Shown here in pieces: positions 9,249 through 19,561 of a DNA stretch of 64,000 nucleotides. The notes under the pieces were generated by a model. That model saw nothing but the letters and a program-made list of their open reading frames with translations. It was not told the origin of the DNA and made no database searches. The stretch's first letter is position 1; each line of letters begins with the position of its first letter. A program made the translations under genes and the position numbers. The DNA comes from Candidatus Woesearchaeota archaeon (lineage in GTDB: Archaea > Nanobdellota > Nanobdellia > Pacearchaeales > GW2011-AR1). The stretch is taken from NCBI GenBank assembly GCA_964578845.1, contig CAZOEF010000003.1:5009-69008 (forward strand), written 5' to 3'.

Positions 9249-9599
9249 TTAGCAAATGAAGAGCTCTTTCTTTTCTTTATGTCCAAGATTCAAAGTTAGA
9301 GGTATTGGAATGTGAATTTGCTTGCCTTCTTTTTCAAATGCCATTGTCAGGAGGACATAGACATTATTATTCCTGTAGGTGACGGACATCTTTGTATGAC
9401 TGATTGAACTCAAGGATTCTTTAGAAATATCCAAATGTTCGCTCGCATCAATTATTTCTATACCTGAGATATAGTTTGTATGGCTGACATCCAGGATAAA
9501 ATCTCCTATGTCTATTGATGCCTTGACTTTCTCTCCGTCCGATATATATAATATATCATTTTGCTCATCATAATCTATTAATCTTATTTGTCTAGTCAT
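9249..9599 (-). CDS. DUF2283-like small protein
   Basis: The sequence is IDYDEQNDILYISDGEK...ISGIEIIDASEHL. An ATGA overlap links it to the upstream gene. Confidence 0.55.
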   Translation of the reverse strand: MTRQIRLIDYDEQNDILYISDGEKVKASIDIGDFILDVSHTNYISGIEIIDASEHLDISKESLSSISHTKMSVTYRNNNVYVLLTMAFEKEGKQIHIPIPLTLNLGHKEKKELFIC

Positions 9600-9883
9600 T
9601 TTCTCCTCCTATTCCAAACGCTTATTACTTTTAATAACTTTGTCCTGATCTCGGCGATGACTATCAATGAGTATCTTGAGCTCATCTTATACCATAGTTT
9701 ATAGCGATAAACACCCTCCTTTCCTAACTCGATCTTTTCAAGCAGATTAGCATTCAATAAGAGCCTCCTTACAAGCCCTTCATTGACCGGCCTAAACCTT
9801 ATTCTCTTATAAAAATGAGGATCAAAAGATATATTCTCTTGATTTAATGATCCAAGTAATATCTTCATCTCTGCGATATCCAT
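9596..9883 (-). CDS. DUF4258-like putative toxin
   Basis: The segment FDPHFYKRIRFRPVNEGLVRRLL and the C-terminal beta-rich part resemble 14741..15070. It is paired with a DUF2283-like gene. Confidence 0.4.
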   Translation of the reverse strand: MDIAEMKILLGSLNQENISFDPHFYKRIRFRPVNEGLVRRLLLNANLLEKIELGKEGVYRYKLWYKMSSRYSLIVIAEIRTKLLKVISVWNRRRK

Positions 9884-9914
9884 TTTCAGCCCCTAAAGAA
9901 AAGGCTATCTTGAG

Positions 9915-9939
9915 TTAATCAATAAGATTCCCAGATTTG
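9915..9939 (+). repeat. 25-bp direct repeat, left copy (ttaatcaataagattcccagatttg)
   Basis: It is identical to 10866..10890 by direct comparison. Confidence 0.9.
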
Positions 9940-10006
9940 GGGTTATCCCTGGCTCAAAACAAAGATTTAAATATTTAATAGGGTTTAATATTAGATAAAT
10001 AGATGG

Positions 10007-10058
10007 AGGGATTCTGACGAAGACGGCCCTCGTGCCGCCAGTAGGTTAGACGAATCCT
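10007..10058 (-). other. GC-rich stem-loop immediately downstream of the NYN gene stop (possible terminator or small RNA)
   Basis: GAGGGATTC (10007..10015) pairs with GAATCCTC (10051..10058). The pair encloses a GC-rich 35 nt in AT-rich surroundings. Confidence 0.3.
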
Positions 10059-10063
10059 CGATT

Positions 10064-10696
10064 CTATTTCTTGTAGTTTCTTAGACATTTGATCAAATCC
10101 CCTCTCCCCATAATAAAATAATAAAATTTCTGCCTTAGTTCATTTGAATATCCTCTTGGAACAAAGCAGCTCAGGACTTCCTTTTTCAGCGATCTTATCA
10201 ACTCGAAAGCTGGAACAAAATCAGAGTCTCCAGATATTAGTATAGCACAGTCTAGATTATCATTTATTGATTCCTTAACCATATCAATAGCTATCCATAC
10301 ATCTATGCCTTTTTCTTTCTGTGAATGGTCTGTGATATCAAGAAAGCTTCCTTCAACTATTGGTCTGCAAACATCACATAAATCCCATGAGTTTAGCAAA
10401 TCCTGTCTTTTCCTTAATATCTCCTTAGTGGATAGTCTCTGAAGCTTTCTGGTTACTATTTTAATGCCTTTCTTTTCAAGATAGCCTAAGAAAGATCTTT
10501 GGTTTCTGTAAACCAAAGGGTTGTCTTTTATGCTCGGCATTGAAACATACCATCTTATCTCCATTATATCTAATTTGTATCTACTAGATATAAGATCTGA
10601 GACTTTGATTATATCTATATCTCCCGGCTTGAACCAGTGCTTGATATTATGATACCAATTATTAGCATCCACAAATAAAATAGCTCTCTTAGTCAT
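10064..10696 (-). CDS. NYN-domain (LabA-like) ribonuclease
   Basis: The blocks ILFVDANNWYH, EKGIDVWIAIDM and ILISGDSDFVPAF match the NYN catalytic layout. Confidence 0.7.
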   Translation of the reverse strand: MTKRAILFVDANNWYHNIKHWFKPGDIDIIKVSDLISSRYKLDIMEIRWYVSMPSIKDNPLVYRNQRSFLGYLEKKGIKIVTRKLQRLSTKEILRKRQDLLNSWDLCDVCRPIVEGSFLDITDHSQKEKGIDVWIAIDMVKESINDNLDCAILISGDSDFVPAFELIRSLKKEVLSCFVPRGYSNELRQKFYYFIMGRGDLIKCLRNYKK

Positions 10697-10865
10697 TAAG
10701 AGTGGCCTCCAAAAAAAGTATAAAGCCCGGCATGTTCATAAGAAGATACCGGGGACTTAAATCAATATAATTAAGTGATCTGGAGTTTTTAAGATTATAT
10801 GTATCTGATAGCAATATTGCAGATAAGACTAATCCGATACTCATACTGACCTAGTGCCACTAGCA

Positions 10866-10890
10866 TTAATCAATAAGATTCCCAGATTTG
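10866..10890 (+). repeat. 25-bp direct repeat, right copy
   Basis: It is identical to 9915..9939. Confidence 0.9.
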
Positions 10891-10909
10891 AGATCATCTC
10901 ATAAATAAA

Positions 10910-11614
10910 GTGATGATTAATAGACTGGATGAATATTCTTGTATCATGAGAATAATAGATATTCCAGAAGGAAATAGACCAAGAGAACGTATGGAAAAAT
11001 ATGGGGTTGAAGTATTGAGTGATGCTGAATTATTTGCTATTATATTAAGAACCGGAAGTAAGCAAGAAAATATAATAGATATTTCTAATAGATTGATTAA
11101 GACTTACGGATTGAGTAATGTTTTTGATTGTTCATTGAAAGAGCTCCAACAAATTAAAGGAATAGGAAAGGCCAAAGCTATGCAAATTTTAGCTATTTCT
11201 GAATTAAAAAGAAGATCTTCCTTGCATAAAAAAGAAATAAAGAAAATAACTAATGCTAAAGACGTGTTTGATTTATTTCACGATAGACTAAAAGACAAAA
11301 AACAAGAAGAATTCTGGATATTGCTATTAGATACTAAAAATAACATAATTTTAGAAAAACTAATCACGAAAGGAATACTAGACGCTTCAATAATTCATCC
11401 TAGAGAAGTTTTCAAAGAAGCCATAAAAAACTCAGCAAATAGAGTAATAATTTTACATAATCACCCAAGTGGAAATCCAGAGCCTAGCGAACAGGACCTA
11501 AAGATTACGCAAAAATTAATCGAATCTGGAGATTTAATAGATATAGAGGTCCTAGATCACATAATCATAGGAAAAGATAATTATTGGAGTTGGATGGGAG
11601 ATGACAGAATTTAA
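10910..11614 (+). CDS. radC: RadC-like JAB/JAMM-domain protein
   Basis: [28 protein letters not shown] is the HhH part. [20 protein letters not shown] is the JAMM motif. Confidence 0.85.
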   Translation: MMINRLDEYSCIMRIIDIPEGNRPRERMEKYGVEVLSDAELFAIILRTGSKQENIIDISNRLIKTYGLSNVFDCSLKELQQIKGIGKAKAMQILAISELKRRSSLHKKEIKKITNAKDVFDLFHDRLKDKKQEEFWILLLDTKNNIILEKLITKGILDASIIHPREVFKEAIKNSANRVIILHNHPSGNPEPSEQDLKITQKLIESGDLIDIEVLDHIIIGKDNYWSWMGDDRI

Positions 11615-14600
11615 GGAATATAATTTGGTGTAATGGCCTCTGCTTGTCTTAAAACTAGTTCAGTAGCTTTCTCTCTTCCAGAAGGAGGATAACCATATTT
11701 TTTCAAAATCTTTTTAACTTTTAATCTCAAATCAGCCTGAACACTTTCTCTAACGGTCCAGTCAATTTTTACATTATTCCGTATCATATTAACTAGTTCA
11801 AGGGCTATTATCCTTAGTTTTTCATCCCCTAATACATCTATTGCTTCCTCACAATCAGCTAAAGCATCATAAAATGCTTTTTCATCATCATTAAGCCCTA
11901 AATCATGCCCTTTTTCCTGCTCTTCTCTCATTTTTTTAGCCAAATCAATTAATTCCTCAATAGCTTGAGCAGCTTCGATACTTCTATTAGTGTATCTATT
12001 AATTATTCTTTCAAGCATCTCCATAAAAGATTTCTCTTGCACAACATTCTTCTTGAATCTAATCCTGATATCATCATTTAGAAGCTTTTTCAAGGCTTCA
12101 AAGGCTAAATTCTTTTGAGGAAGACCCTTAACTTCAGACAAGAATTTATCTGATAAAATAAAAATGTCTGGTTTTTGAATACCTGCAGCCTCAAATATAT
12201 CTATAATTCTATCTGAGATTACTGCTTTTGATAATATCTGTTTTATTACACTATCAAATTCAATTGAATCTTTAGGAGAGATAGTGATATTTTTTATTAT
12301 TGATGACTTGATTGCCTGAAAGAATCCTACCTCATCTCTTATCTTAGCCGCCTCTTCACTAGGAACTGATAATGCATAAGCTTTGATTAAAGCAGTAGTT
12401 TCCCTAATAAATCTCTCTTTTAATTTATCTCTGCCTTTTAGAATATGTTCAATTGCTCCAGGTATTATTGATAGTCTTTTTTTCGGACTAAGTTCAAAGA
12501 ATTTCCTATAATTGTAACCATGAAACATTGCTTTAACAATGTCATATTTTTCTAACATCTTTTTAATCGCTTCCTTATTTTTATCCTCAATTAATTTTCC
12601 CTTACCTCCGCTTGCTGTGTATTGCATTACAGCATCTTTGAGTTCTTTACCAATTCCAAAATAATCGACAATTAATCCTGCAGTTTTATCCTTATATTTT
12701 CTATTAGCTCTGGCTATTGTTTGCATCAAACCATGGCTTTTCATTGGCTTATCAATATACATTGTATGGACAGAAGGAGCATCAAAGCCAGTAAGCCACA
12801 TGTCTCTAACTATTACAATTTTTAACTCGTCTTGAGGATCCTTGAATTTATCTCCTATTTCATCTCTTCTTTTCTTATTTCTGATGTGCTCTTGCCACTC
12901 CTTAGGATCTGATGAAGAACCAGTCATTATTACTTTGATATTGCCTTTTTTATCATCTTCATTATGCCAATCAGGTCTTAGGGCAATAATTTCATTATAT
13001 AATTCAACACAAATCCTTCTAGACATTCCAACAATCATCGCCTTTCCATCAAGTATTTTTAACCGTTCTTCAAAATGATCAACAATATCTTTAGCTATTC
13101 GTTTAATTCTTTCAGGACTTCCAACGACCTTCTCAAGTCTTGCCCATTTACTCTTTAATTTTCTCTTTACTTCATCATCTTCTGTTAATTCTTCAATTAA
13201 AGGATCAATCTTTCTTCTTTCTTCTGGTTTGATTCCTAGTTTAGCTAGTCTGCTTTCATACATCAACTTTACTGTAGCATTATCATTAACTGCTTGCTGA
13301 ATGTCGTATTTATCCACATAATTACCAAAAACTGCAGGAGTGGATTTGTCTTGTTTTTCTATAGGAGTACCTGTAAAACCAATAAAAGAAGCATTAGGCA
13401 AGGCATCTCTTAGATATTTAGCAAATCCATATCTAATTAAAGCTGTTTCTTTAACAATATGGGCTGAGAAACCATATTGTGTTCTGTGGGCTTCATCAGC
13501 TACTACAATTATATTTTTCCTGTTAGATAATTCAGGGTATTTTTCTTCATTTTCAGGAAAGAATTTTTGGATTGTTGTAAATATTATTCCACCTGAGGAT
13601 TTTTTCAATAAGGATTGTATATCTTTTCTAGATTCTGCATTTTGAGGTTTTTGTCTTAGTAATCCAGAGCATCTAGAAAAGGTTTTGAAGAGTTGATCAT
13701 CTAAATCATTTCTATCTGTTAAGACTACAATAGTCGGGTTTTCAAGTTCTTCTGCTAAAGCAAGTTTTCCTGCATAAAAAACCATAGAAAGAGATTTACC
13801 AGAACCTTGAGTATGCCAGACGACTCCGGCTTTTTTAGTTTCTTTTGTAGCCTTTATTGTTGATTCCACTGCTTTATTTACAGCATTATATTGATGGTAA
13901 GAAGCAATTTTCTTTATATCTTTATCAAAAACTATGAAATTTCTTAATAGATCAATTAAAGTGTTTTTATTAAACATACCTTTTAGAAGAGTTTCAATCC
14001 CTAGTTTGTTTTTAGGCATTTTTTCATCTATTGTTTTCCAAGCCATAAACCACTCTCGTGAAGATGAAAGAGTGCCTGCTTCAGCTAAATTTCCATCACT
14101 AATTACTAAAATCTCATTGTACCTAAATAATGAAGGAATCTGATCCTTATAGTTTTGTAGCTGAGTAAAGGCATCATTGATAGTTGCTTTTTCTTCCGCT
14201 AGATTTTTTAGTTCAATAACTACTAATGGAAGTCCGTTAATGAATAAAATAATATCAGGTCTTCTGTTGTATTTTTCTTCAATAATGGTAAATTGATTTA
14301 CTGCTAAAAATTCGTTATTTTCTGGTTTTTTGAAGTCAATCAGGTTTACTAAATCATGTTTTATTTGGGATCCTTTTCTGTAAGAAACTGAGACTCCTTC
14401 TACTAAGAGTTTATGAAATTGTTCATTGTCTAAAACTTGGTTTGGAGAGGATGTTCTTAACACCTTTCTTATAGCTTCTTCAATAGAACCTTTGGGAATT
14501 GAAGGGTTTAACTTTTCAAGGGCTTTCAATAATCTATCTTTTAGAACAACTTCCCTAAAGTCTTTTCTTTCAGGATTTTTCCCTCCTGGAGATATCTCAA

Positions 14601-14682
14601 ATCCATTCAGAATTTTATAGTTTAAAGCTTCTAGAATATCTAAAGCTAGTTCTTCAACTTCGTTTTCCGTTATTTTTGTCAT
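11611..14682 (-). CDS. hsdR: Type I restriction enzyme, R subunit
   Basis: The protein is 1023 aa. Walker A is HTQGSGKS and the DEAH box is [10 protein letters not shown]. It has the typical N-terminal nuclease region and a C-terminal helical domain. Confidence 0.9.
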   Translation of the reverse strand: MTKITENEVEELALDILEALNYKILNGFEISPGGKNPERKDFREVVLKDRLLKALEKLNPSIPKGSIEEAIRKVLRTSSPNQVLDNEQFHKLLVEGVSVSYRKGSQIKHDLVNLIDFKKPENNEFLAVNQFTIIEEKYNRRPDIILFINGLPLVVIELKNLAEEKATINDAFTQLQNYKDQIPSLFRYNEILVISDGNLAEAGTLSSSREWFMAWKTIDEKMPKNKLGIETLLKGMFNKNTLIDLLRNFIVFDKDIKKIASYHQYNAVNKAVESTIKATKETKKAGVVWHTQGSGKSLSMVFYAGKLALAEELENPTIVVLTDRNDLDDQLFKTFSRCSGLLRQKPQNAESRKDIQSLLKKSSGGIIFTTIQKFFPENEEKYPELSNRKNIIVVADEAHRTQYGFSAHIVKETALIRYGFAKYLRDALPNASFIGFTGTPIEKQDKSTPAVFGNYVDKYDIQQAVNDNATVKLMYESRLAKLGIKPEERRKIDPLIEELTEDDEVKRKLKSKWARLEKVVGSPERIKRIAKDIVDHFEERLKILDGKAMIVGMSRRICVELYNEIIALRPDWHNEDDKKGNIKVIMTGSSSDPKEWQEHIRNKKRRDEIGDKFKDPQDELKIVIVRDMWLTGFDAPSVHTMYIDKPMKSHGLMQTIARANRKYKDKTAGLIVDYFGIGKELKDAVMQYTASGGKGKLIEDKNKEAIKKMLEKYDIVKAMFHGYNYRKFFELSPKKRLSIIPGAIEHILKGRDKLKERFIRETTALIKAYALSVPSEEAAKIRDEVGFFQAIKSSIIKNITISPKDSIEFDSVIKQILSKAVISDRIIDIFEAAGIQKPDIFILSDKFLSEVKGLPQKNLAFEALKKLLNDDIRIRFKKNVVQEKSFMEMLERIINRYTNRSIEAAQAIEELIDLAKKMREEQEKGHDLGLNDDEKAFYDALADCEEAIDVLGDEKLRIIALELVNMIRNNVKIDWTVRESVQADLRLKVKKILKKYGYPPSGREKATELVLRQAEAITPNYIP

Positions 14683-14740
14683 TATTTTCTGATACTCAAT
14701 AATCGAACAATATTTTTATATGCTTTGCCATTAACAAAAT

Positions 14741-15070
14741 ATGCTAGAAGGCAATAAAATCCAAAAAAAGGTAGAAGTTGAGAAGTTCTTGAGCTTTATC
14801 AGGGAATATAAGAAGGAACAGATAGAGTGTACTATCCATACATTCTTCAGATTAAGCGAAAAACAGAGAAAAATCTATACCTGTGATGAACTAAGGACCA
14901 TTTTAACTGAAAAAAGACCATTTTTAGTAGGGCTTCAATACAGCGGGAATTATGCTGTATTTTATAAACATCAGAGCAAAAACCTTAAAATAATAGTCGA
15001 TTTAACCAACACAAAGGTTAAAATAGTTACTTTCTTTTTCATAGAAAACTGGCAAATCCCGATAATATGA
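14741..15070 (+). CDS. DUF4258-like putative toxin
   Basis: The sequence is CTIHTFFRLSEKQRKIYTCDELRTIL...LKIIVDL..KVKIVTFF. An ATGA overlap links it to the downstream DUF2283-like gene. Confidence 0.45.
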   Translation: MLEGNKIQKKVEVEKFLSFIREYKKEQIECTIHTFFRLSEKQRKIYTCDELRTILTEKRPFLVGLQYSGNYAVFYKHQSKNLKIIVDLTNTKVKIVTFFFIENWQIPII

Positions 15071-15438
15071 AACCCAGACATTTAGAGGCTAAAGGAGAAA
15101 TGGATTATGATTATGTAAATGATATCCTATTTTTCAAGATTAAAAATAGAGAATATGCTTTTTCTATAGAATTTCATAATATGGTTGTAGATATTGATGA
15201 AGAAATGTTTATAGTAGGGATACAAATCTTTGAGGCTTCTAAATTTTTAAGAATGACTAAACAGAATTTAAGGGAAATACCTAAGTGGAGGTTTAGTTCT
15301 AAACTTGAGAATAATACAATAGAGATCAGACTTGACTATCAGATAAAAATAAGGAACAAAATATTAGAAAAAAACCCAATAATAATCCAAGAGAACAAAT
15401 CTGAAAGCTTAAAACCTCAAATGGTCCAAACTATTTAG
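15067..15438 (+). CDS. DUF2283-like small protein
   Basis: The sequence is MDYDYVNDILFFKIKNREY...IVGIQIFEASKFL. Confidence 0.55.
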   Translation: MKPRHLEAKGEMDYDYVNDILFFKIKNREYAFSIEFHNMVVDIDEEMFIVGIQIFEASKFLRMTKQNLREIPKWRFSSKLENNTIEIRLDYQIKIRNKILEKNPIIIQENKSESLKPQMVQTI

Positions 15439-16369
15439 TTAATTTTCGTTTTAGTTCCCTATATTCTTTCAAATACAACTCAATGGTTGGCTTTAAATTT
15501 TTACTTATCCCATATTCCTTTAATGTGGCATAATATTCTGCCCTATTTTTGAAATCAATATTTAAAGGAGGAAGATTATGCTTGATCAATATATTATTTA
15601 GTAAAATTCTTCCAACTCTTCCGTTACCATCTGCAAACGGATGAATATTCTCAAACTGGTTATGGATAACGGCTGCTAAGACTAATGTGGGATATTTTAG
15701 TTTATTTTCTTCATACCATTTAACTAATTCTTTTAATAAATGAAGAACTCTTGGTTGAGGGGCTCCTTCATGGACTACTTCGCCTGCTTTATTTGTCACT
15801 ACGACTTCTTCTCCTTTTTTTCTTAGTTTTCCTGCAAAGGGTTTTGAATTTTTGAATACTATCTTATGTATTTTCTTTATTAATTCTATTGAGAGATGCT
15901 CTTTTGTTTTTCTGATAAATTTAATGGCTTCATCTACTCCGTAGGTTTCTGCTATATCTTCTTTTGATTTATCAGGCCATTTATCTTCTTCTAAAAGATC
16001 TTTTACCTCTTTTTGGTTTAATTTGCTTCCTTCAATAGCATTAGTATTGTAAGTGAATATTTCAGAAAAAATCTGCCAATCTTTCTCTGACAAATGTTTT
16101 ACTTTTAGAGGAATACCTTTCTCTAATTCTTTAATCTCTTTAATCTGCTCTTTAGTTAATTCAAATTGTAAAGGATCACTAATAACATCATATTTATGAA
16201 TTTCTTCAAGAATTAGCTTTTCAGCTATAGTTTTTCTCTCCTCTAGTTTATCCTTAGTTAAGTCTACACCTAAATATTTCCTAAATTTATGGACTTTTCT
16301 ACCCTCTCTATAAGAATGAGCTAAATAATACTTTATCTTCTTTCCAACCCTTCTTCTCTCAATATGCAT
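15431..16369 (-). CDS. Fic/DOC family protein (AMPylase-type)
   Basis: The canonical Fic motif HPFADGNGRVGR is present. The size is 312 aa. Confidence 0.85.
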   Translation of the reverse strand: MHIERRRVGKKIKYYLAHSYREGRKVHKFRKYLGVDLTKDKLEERKTIAEKLILEEIHKYDVISDPLQFELTKEQIKEIKELEKGIPLKVKHLSEKDWQIFSEIFTYNTNAIEGSKLNQKEVKDLLEEDKWPDKSKEDIAETYGVDEAIKFIRKTKEHLSIELIKKIHKIVFKNSKPFAGKLRKKGEEVVVTNKAGEVVHEGAPQPRVLHLLKELVKWYEENKLKYPTLVLAAVIHNQFENIHPFADGNGRVGRILLNNILIKHNLPPLNIDFKNRAEYYATLKEYGISKNLKPTIELYLKEYRELKRKLTK

Positions 16370-16379
16370 ACTAATATAA

Positions 16380-16446
16380 TAGGTGACTACATATTTAAAC
16401 TTTCTGTCGTTAGGTGACTACAACTGCCCCTTTTTGTAGACACCTA
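16380..16446. promoter_or_regulatory. Three copies of taggtgactaca (two direct, one imperfect inverted) upstream of the Fic gene
   Basis: Direct copies are at 16380..16391 and 16411..16422. The inverted copy tgtagacaccta is at 16435..16446 with 1 mismatch. All lie 11-77 nt upstream of the start at 16369. Confidence 0.4.
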
Positions 16447-16466
16447 TTTTTTAGATAAAACCGGGG

Positions 16467-16487
16467 CTTTTTGCCAAGGGCAAAAAG
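16467..16487 (-). terminator. Perfect 9-bp hairpin CTTTTTGCC-AAG-GGCAAAAAG after the 16524..17207 gene
   Basis: The hairpin is read directly. It lies 37 nt past the minus-strand stop and has T/A runs inside the stem. Confidence 0.5.
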
Positions 16488-16523
16488 TGGTGAATCAAGT
16501 ATATATTTGTTTCTTAAAATATA

Positions 16524-17207
16524 TTATCGGTCAATTTCTTCCAAAATTTTATCTTTTATTATCTTTTTTACTTGGCCTTCAATATCAAAGTTATTTTGAA
16601 GTTTATTTTTGATAAATACAAATTTGGGCTTATCTCCGTAATCAGCTAAAGACTTTCCTTTAAGATGATTACAATGAAACTGTGCAACCAAATGCCTTTT
16701 TGGAGGATTCTGAAATTCACAATAATATAATGTTTCATCCTTGCCAACCTTTATGCCATGTCTTTGACCATGTCCAAATAAAATGATAGAACTAATATTT
16801 TTATTATTAATTATTTTCTTAAGTTGATTAGATGTAACTCTGTCGTAAACTCTATATGGAATTTTCCTTTTTTTTAGATACTTCACAATTCTTTTTACAC
16901 CATCTATCCCGAAAGAATAAATATTTTCTGGAAAGTAATTATTTGCCAATACTATCGCTACATGATTATCCAACCTTCCTTGTTGAGAGTTCTTACTCAG
17001 ATATCTTCTATATGTTACAAAAGAAATCAACAATAGAGGAAAGACTAAAAGATATTGATAGCTTTTTTTACCGGAACCCATCAATCTCAAATAAAGTTTT
17101 GAGTATAGAGAAGAAAGCTCATAAATAAAATATAATCCGATTGGCATAAAAATAAAAATTGTAATCAAAAATGAGATAATATAAATTAACATAAGTAAAA
17201 AAGTCAT
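16524..17207 (-). CDS. Hypothetical membrane protein translationally coupled to hsdS
   Basis: Two N-terminal hydrophobic helices precede a soluble domain (IILFGHGQRHG...). It overlaps the hsdS stop by 4 nt. I recognised no family. Confidence 0.5.
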   Translation of the reverse strand: MTFLLMLIYIISFLITIFIFMPIGLYFIYELSSLYSKLYLRLMGSGKKSYQYLLVFPLLLISFVTYRRYLSKNSQQGRLDNHVAIVLANNYFPENIYSFGIDGVKRIVKYLKKRKIPYRVYDRVTSNQLKKIINNKNISSIILFGHGQRHGIKVGKDETLYYCEFQNPPKRHLVAQFHCNHLKGKSLADYGDKPKFVFIKNKLQNNFDIEGQVKKIIKDKILEEIDR

Positions 17208-18412
17208 TTTACTCTAATCTCTCCGTTCATTAGTTTAGGCAAAAGAGAATCTCGGATTTGTGAGAGTCTTTGGTTTTGGAAACAATTAAGAGATATTTGA
17301 TTAAATATTGGTTTTATTACCTCGTTGAAATTATCTAAAGTTTCTTTATTTGGGATTAATAATTCATAATTATCAACATTGTTTTTGTTAATGTGTTGTT
17401 GCGCTCCTCCAGTTTGATGGGATATTATCTCTTTAATTTCATTTTTAATCCAATAATAAATATATTCCGATTTTATTCTTTCGCTTTCAATTATACCGAT
17501 AACTGACTGATTAGCACAAGAATCTATTTCTAATCTACTTACTTGTCCAAGTGTTGCCCCAGTAATAGCTAAAACTGTAGTTCCCTTAGGTAGGAGTTTA
17601 GCTGCTGAATTATTCATGCCGGAAATAGTTATTTTCTCAGAAGGTTCCATTATTCTAAATTCATTTACCTTTCCTGAGTTTATCCAATTAATATTTCCGT
17701 TCCAGAAAATGGGATTTGTTCGATCCGGAGTCCCACCTAAAATAGTTTTTAGTTCTTTTCCAATTTTGGACATTTTCCAATCATCCTTTCTTTCATCAAT
17801 AAACCATTTCTTAAATAAAGCCTGGCCAATTTCCTCAAGAGTTTTGTTCATTTTATTGTTTAATTCTATTTTAGCATCTAAGTCGGAAAGGATTTTTGCT
17901 ATTGCTTTTTGCTCAGAAAGTGGAGGTAACAGGACAAATATGTTTTTGAAAGTATCAGTTGTAATTGTGTTAAAAACCGCTCCATGGCCAACATTTCTAA
18001 TCTTATTGATATTAAACTTCAGTAAATAATACAAGAAATCATTTGTAAGTTTCTCCTTAGCATTTAGTCCATAACATGATTGATTAAATGCCATTTCTCT
18101 AGATAATTGTCCTATTTCTCCAACAGTCCCTCTAGCAGAAATAATTATTTGATCTTTTTTCAATAATTTAGTTGAACTATTTTTAAGCCCTTCTTGAGTT
18201 ATATGCTTTTCAGTATCATAAATCCACCTTCTATCACCCACAAAGTCTACAACTGATATCCAGGGAATATCTCCGCCCCAGTATTCTGGAACAGAGGTTT
18301 TTGGAGTTCCGCCGCCAATTATATATACGACTCCATATAATGAATGTTCTGTCCAATCTTCAGGAATTTTTCCGATCTTATTTTTATTAAGTTTTACTTT
18401 TTTATGCTCCAT
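17204..18412 (-). CDS. hsdS: Type I restriction-modification system, S (specificity) subunit
   Basis: The protein is 402 aa with a two-TRD layout. The conserved central and C-terminal helices are LPPLSEQKAIAKILSDLDAKIELN and RLSQIRDSLLPKLMNGEIRV. Confidence 0.88.
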   Translation of the reverse strand: MEHKKVKLNKNKIGKIPEDWTEHSLYGVVYIIGGGTPKTSVPEYWGGDIPWISVVDFVGDRRWIYDTEKHITQEGLKNSSTKLLKKDQIIISARGTVGEIGQLSREMAFNQSCYGLNAKEKLTNDFLYYLLKFNINKIRNVGHGAVFNTITTDTFKNIFVLLPPLSEQKAIAKILSDLDAKIELNNKMNKTLEEIGQALFKKWFIDERKDDWKMSKIGKELKTILGGTPDRTNPIFWNGNINWINSGKVNEFRIMEPSEKITISGMNNSAAKLLPKGTTVLAITGATLGQVSRLEIDSCANQSVIGIIESERIKSEYIYYWIKNEIKEIISHQTGGAQQHINKNNVDNYELLIPNKETLDNFNEVIKPIFNQISLNCFQNQRLSQIRDSLLPKLMNGEIRVK

Positions 18413-19055
18413 GTTTATGACTCCCGACCATACTATTACAAATATGAACTATCTTTCCTGTATTCTCTGATACCCTATTGATTTCATCGAAATCATTATT
18501 TTGAGGAAAATCTTCTTTATTAAAAGTCAGAAAAATAACCCAAGAATATTCTCTTAAATCTTGACAAGCTATACTTTCCCAAATTAAGGCATCTCTAAAA
18601 TTTCTATCTCCCTTTTTATTAAATGGTTTCTCATGATTGATTGATTTTTGTAATATTTTATCATAGATTTCCAACTTTTTTTCTTCGGGAATGCTAAATA
18701 AAACAAAGTTGCTTGCAGAGTTAACCAGCTTAATTAGGAAATCTGAATAGTTAAATGAATCTTTAAATTTTATATCGAAAGAACCGGCCTCAAGAATCTC
18801 CATTTCCTTAAATTGGTTAGCCTTCCTTTTAAGTTCTTCAAAGTCGTCATTAAATTTACTGCTCCTATGAAACAAGTGCTCTTTTAGAGTTATTTCTGAC
18901 ATACCGATATAGACTTTATCTTTGAGATTTTTTTCTTCTAGGAATCCTTCAAGCTCAATAAGAAGACCGCTTGAAGATATTCTAGAATGATTCACATTAT
19001 TGCTTTTGCCCTCATTAATGCAGTTTGTATCCAATATCAATAAAGTTTTATCCAT
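18402..19055 (-). CDS. PIN-like (DUF4935-type) protein
   Basis: The sequence is LLILDTNCI...NFRDALIWESI. It is embedded between hsdM and hsdS. Confidence 0.4.
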   Translation of the reverse strand: MDKTLLILDTNCINEGKSNNVNHSRISSSGLLIELEGFLEEKNLKDKVYIGMSEITLKEHLFHRSSKFNDDFEELKRKANQFKEMEILEAGSFDIKFKDSFNYSDFLIKLVNSASNFVLFSIPEEKKLEIYDKILQKSINHEKPFNKKGDRNFRDALIWESIACQDLREYSWVIFLTFNKEDFPQNNDFDEINRVSENTGKIVHICNSMVGSHKHGA

Positions 19056-19084
19056 TTTTTACCAGTCTCATCTACGTTCAATTT

Positions 19085-19561
19085 TCATTTTTCCTTAAAT
19101 CCATCTTTAAGAGGATTAAATACAACAACCTCTTTCATTCCCTCAAATTCTGCATCTATTGAAAGAATATTCTTAACAAGGTTGTTCCTCATAATAACTC
19201 CGTGGATTACATCTCCCAAACTACCCTTGAATTTAAGTTGCCTCTGTTGTATTTCGTAAAAGAATTTCTCAAATGAATAATCATTCTTTTTTCCTTCAGT
19301 ATTAATCCATATAAACCTAATACCATCAAGTTCGTTAGTTCTAATTAATTCTTGTATGTAGTTAGCAACTTTAGCAGGAGATTTTTTCTTTTCCCTTATT
19401 AAGACTTTAACCGTTTCTGTGAGCGCCCAATCTGAAGAAACAAATTCTGAAGAGTCCTTAACTTCTTCAATAAATTTTTTAATTTTTTTGTACCTTTCCT
19501 CTTTCAAAAATTTACTAACAAATATGCAACTATCAAGGTAAATTACCTTCTTCTTTACCAT
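19085..19561 (-). CDS. PIN-domain protein
   Basis: The conserved acidic positions lie in VIYLDSCIF, ALTETVKVL, GDVIHGV and LSIDAEF. Confidence 0.6.
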   Translation of the reverse strand: MVKKKVIYLDSCIFVSKFLKEERYKKIKKFIEEVKDSSEFVSSDWALTETVKVLIREKKKSPAKVANYIQELIRTNELDGIRFIWINTEGKKNDYSFEKFFYEIQQRQLKFKGSLGDVIHGVIMRNNLVKNILSIDAEFEGMKEVVVFNPLKDGFKEK

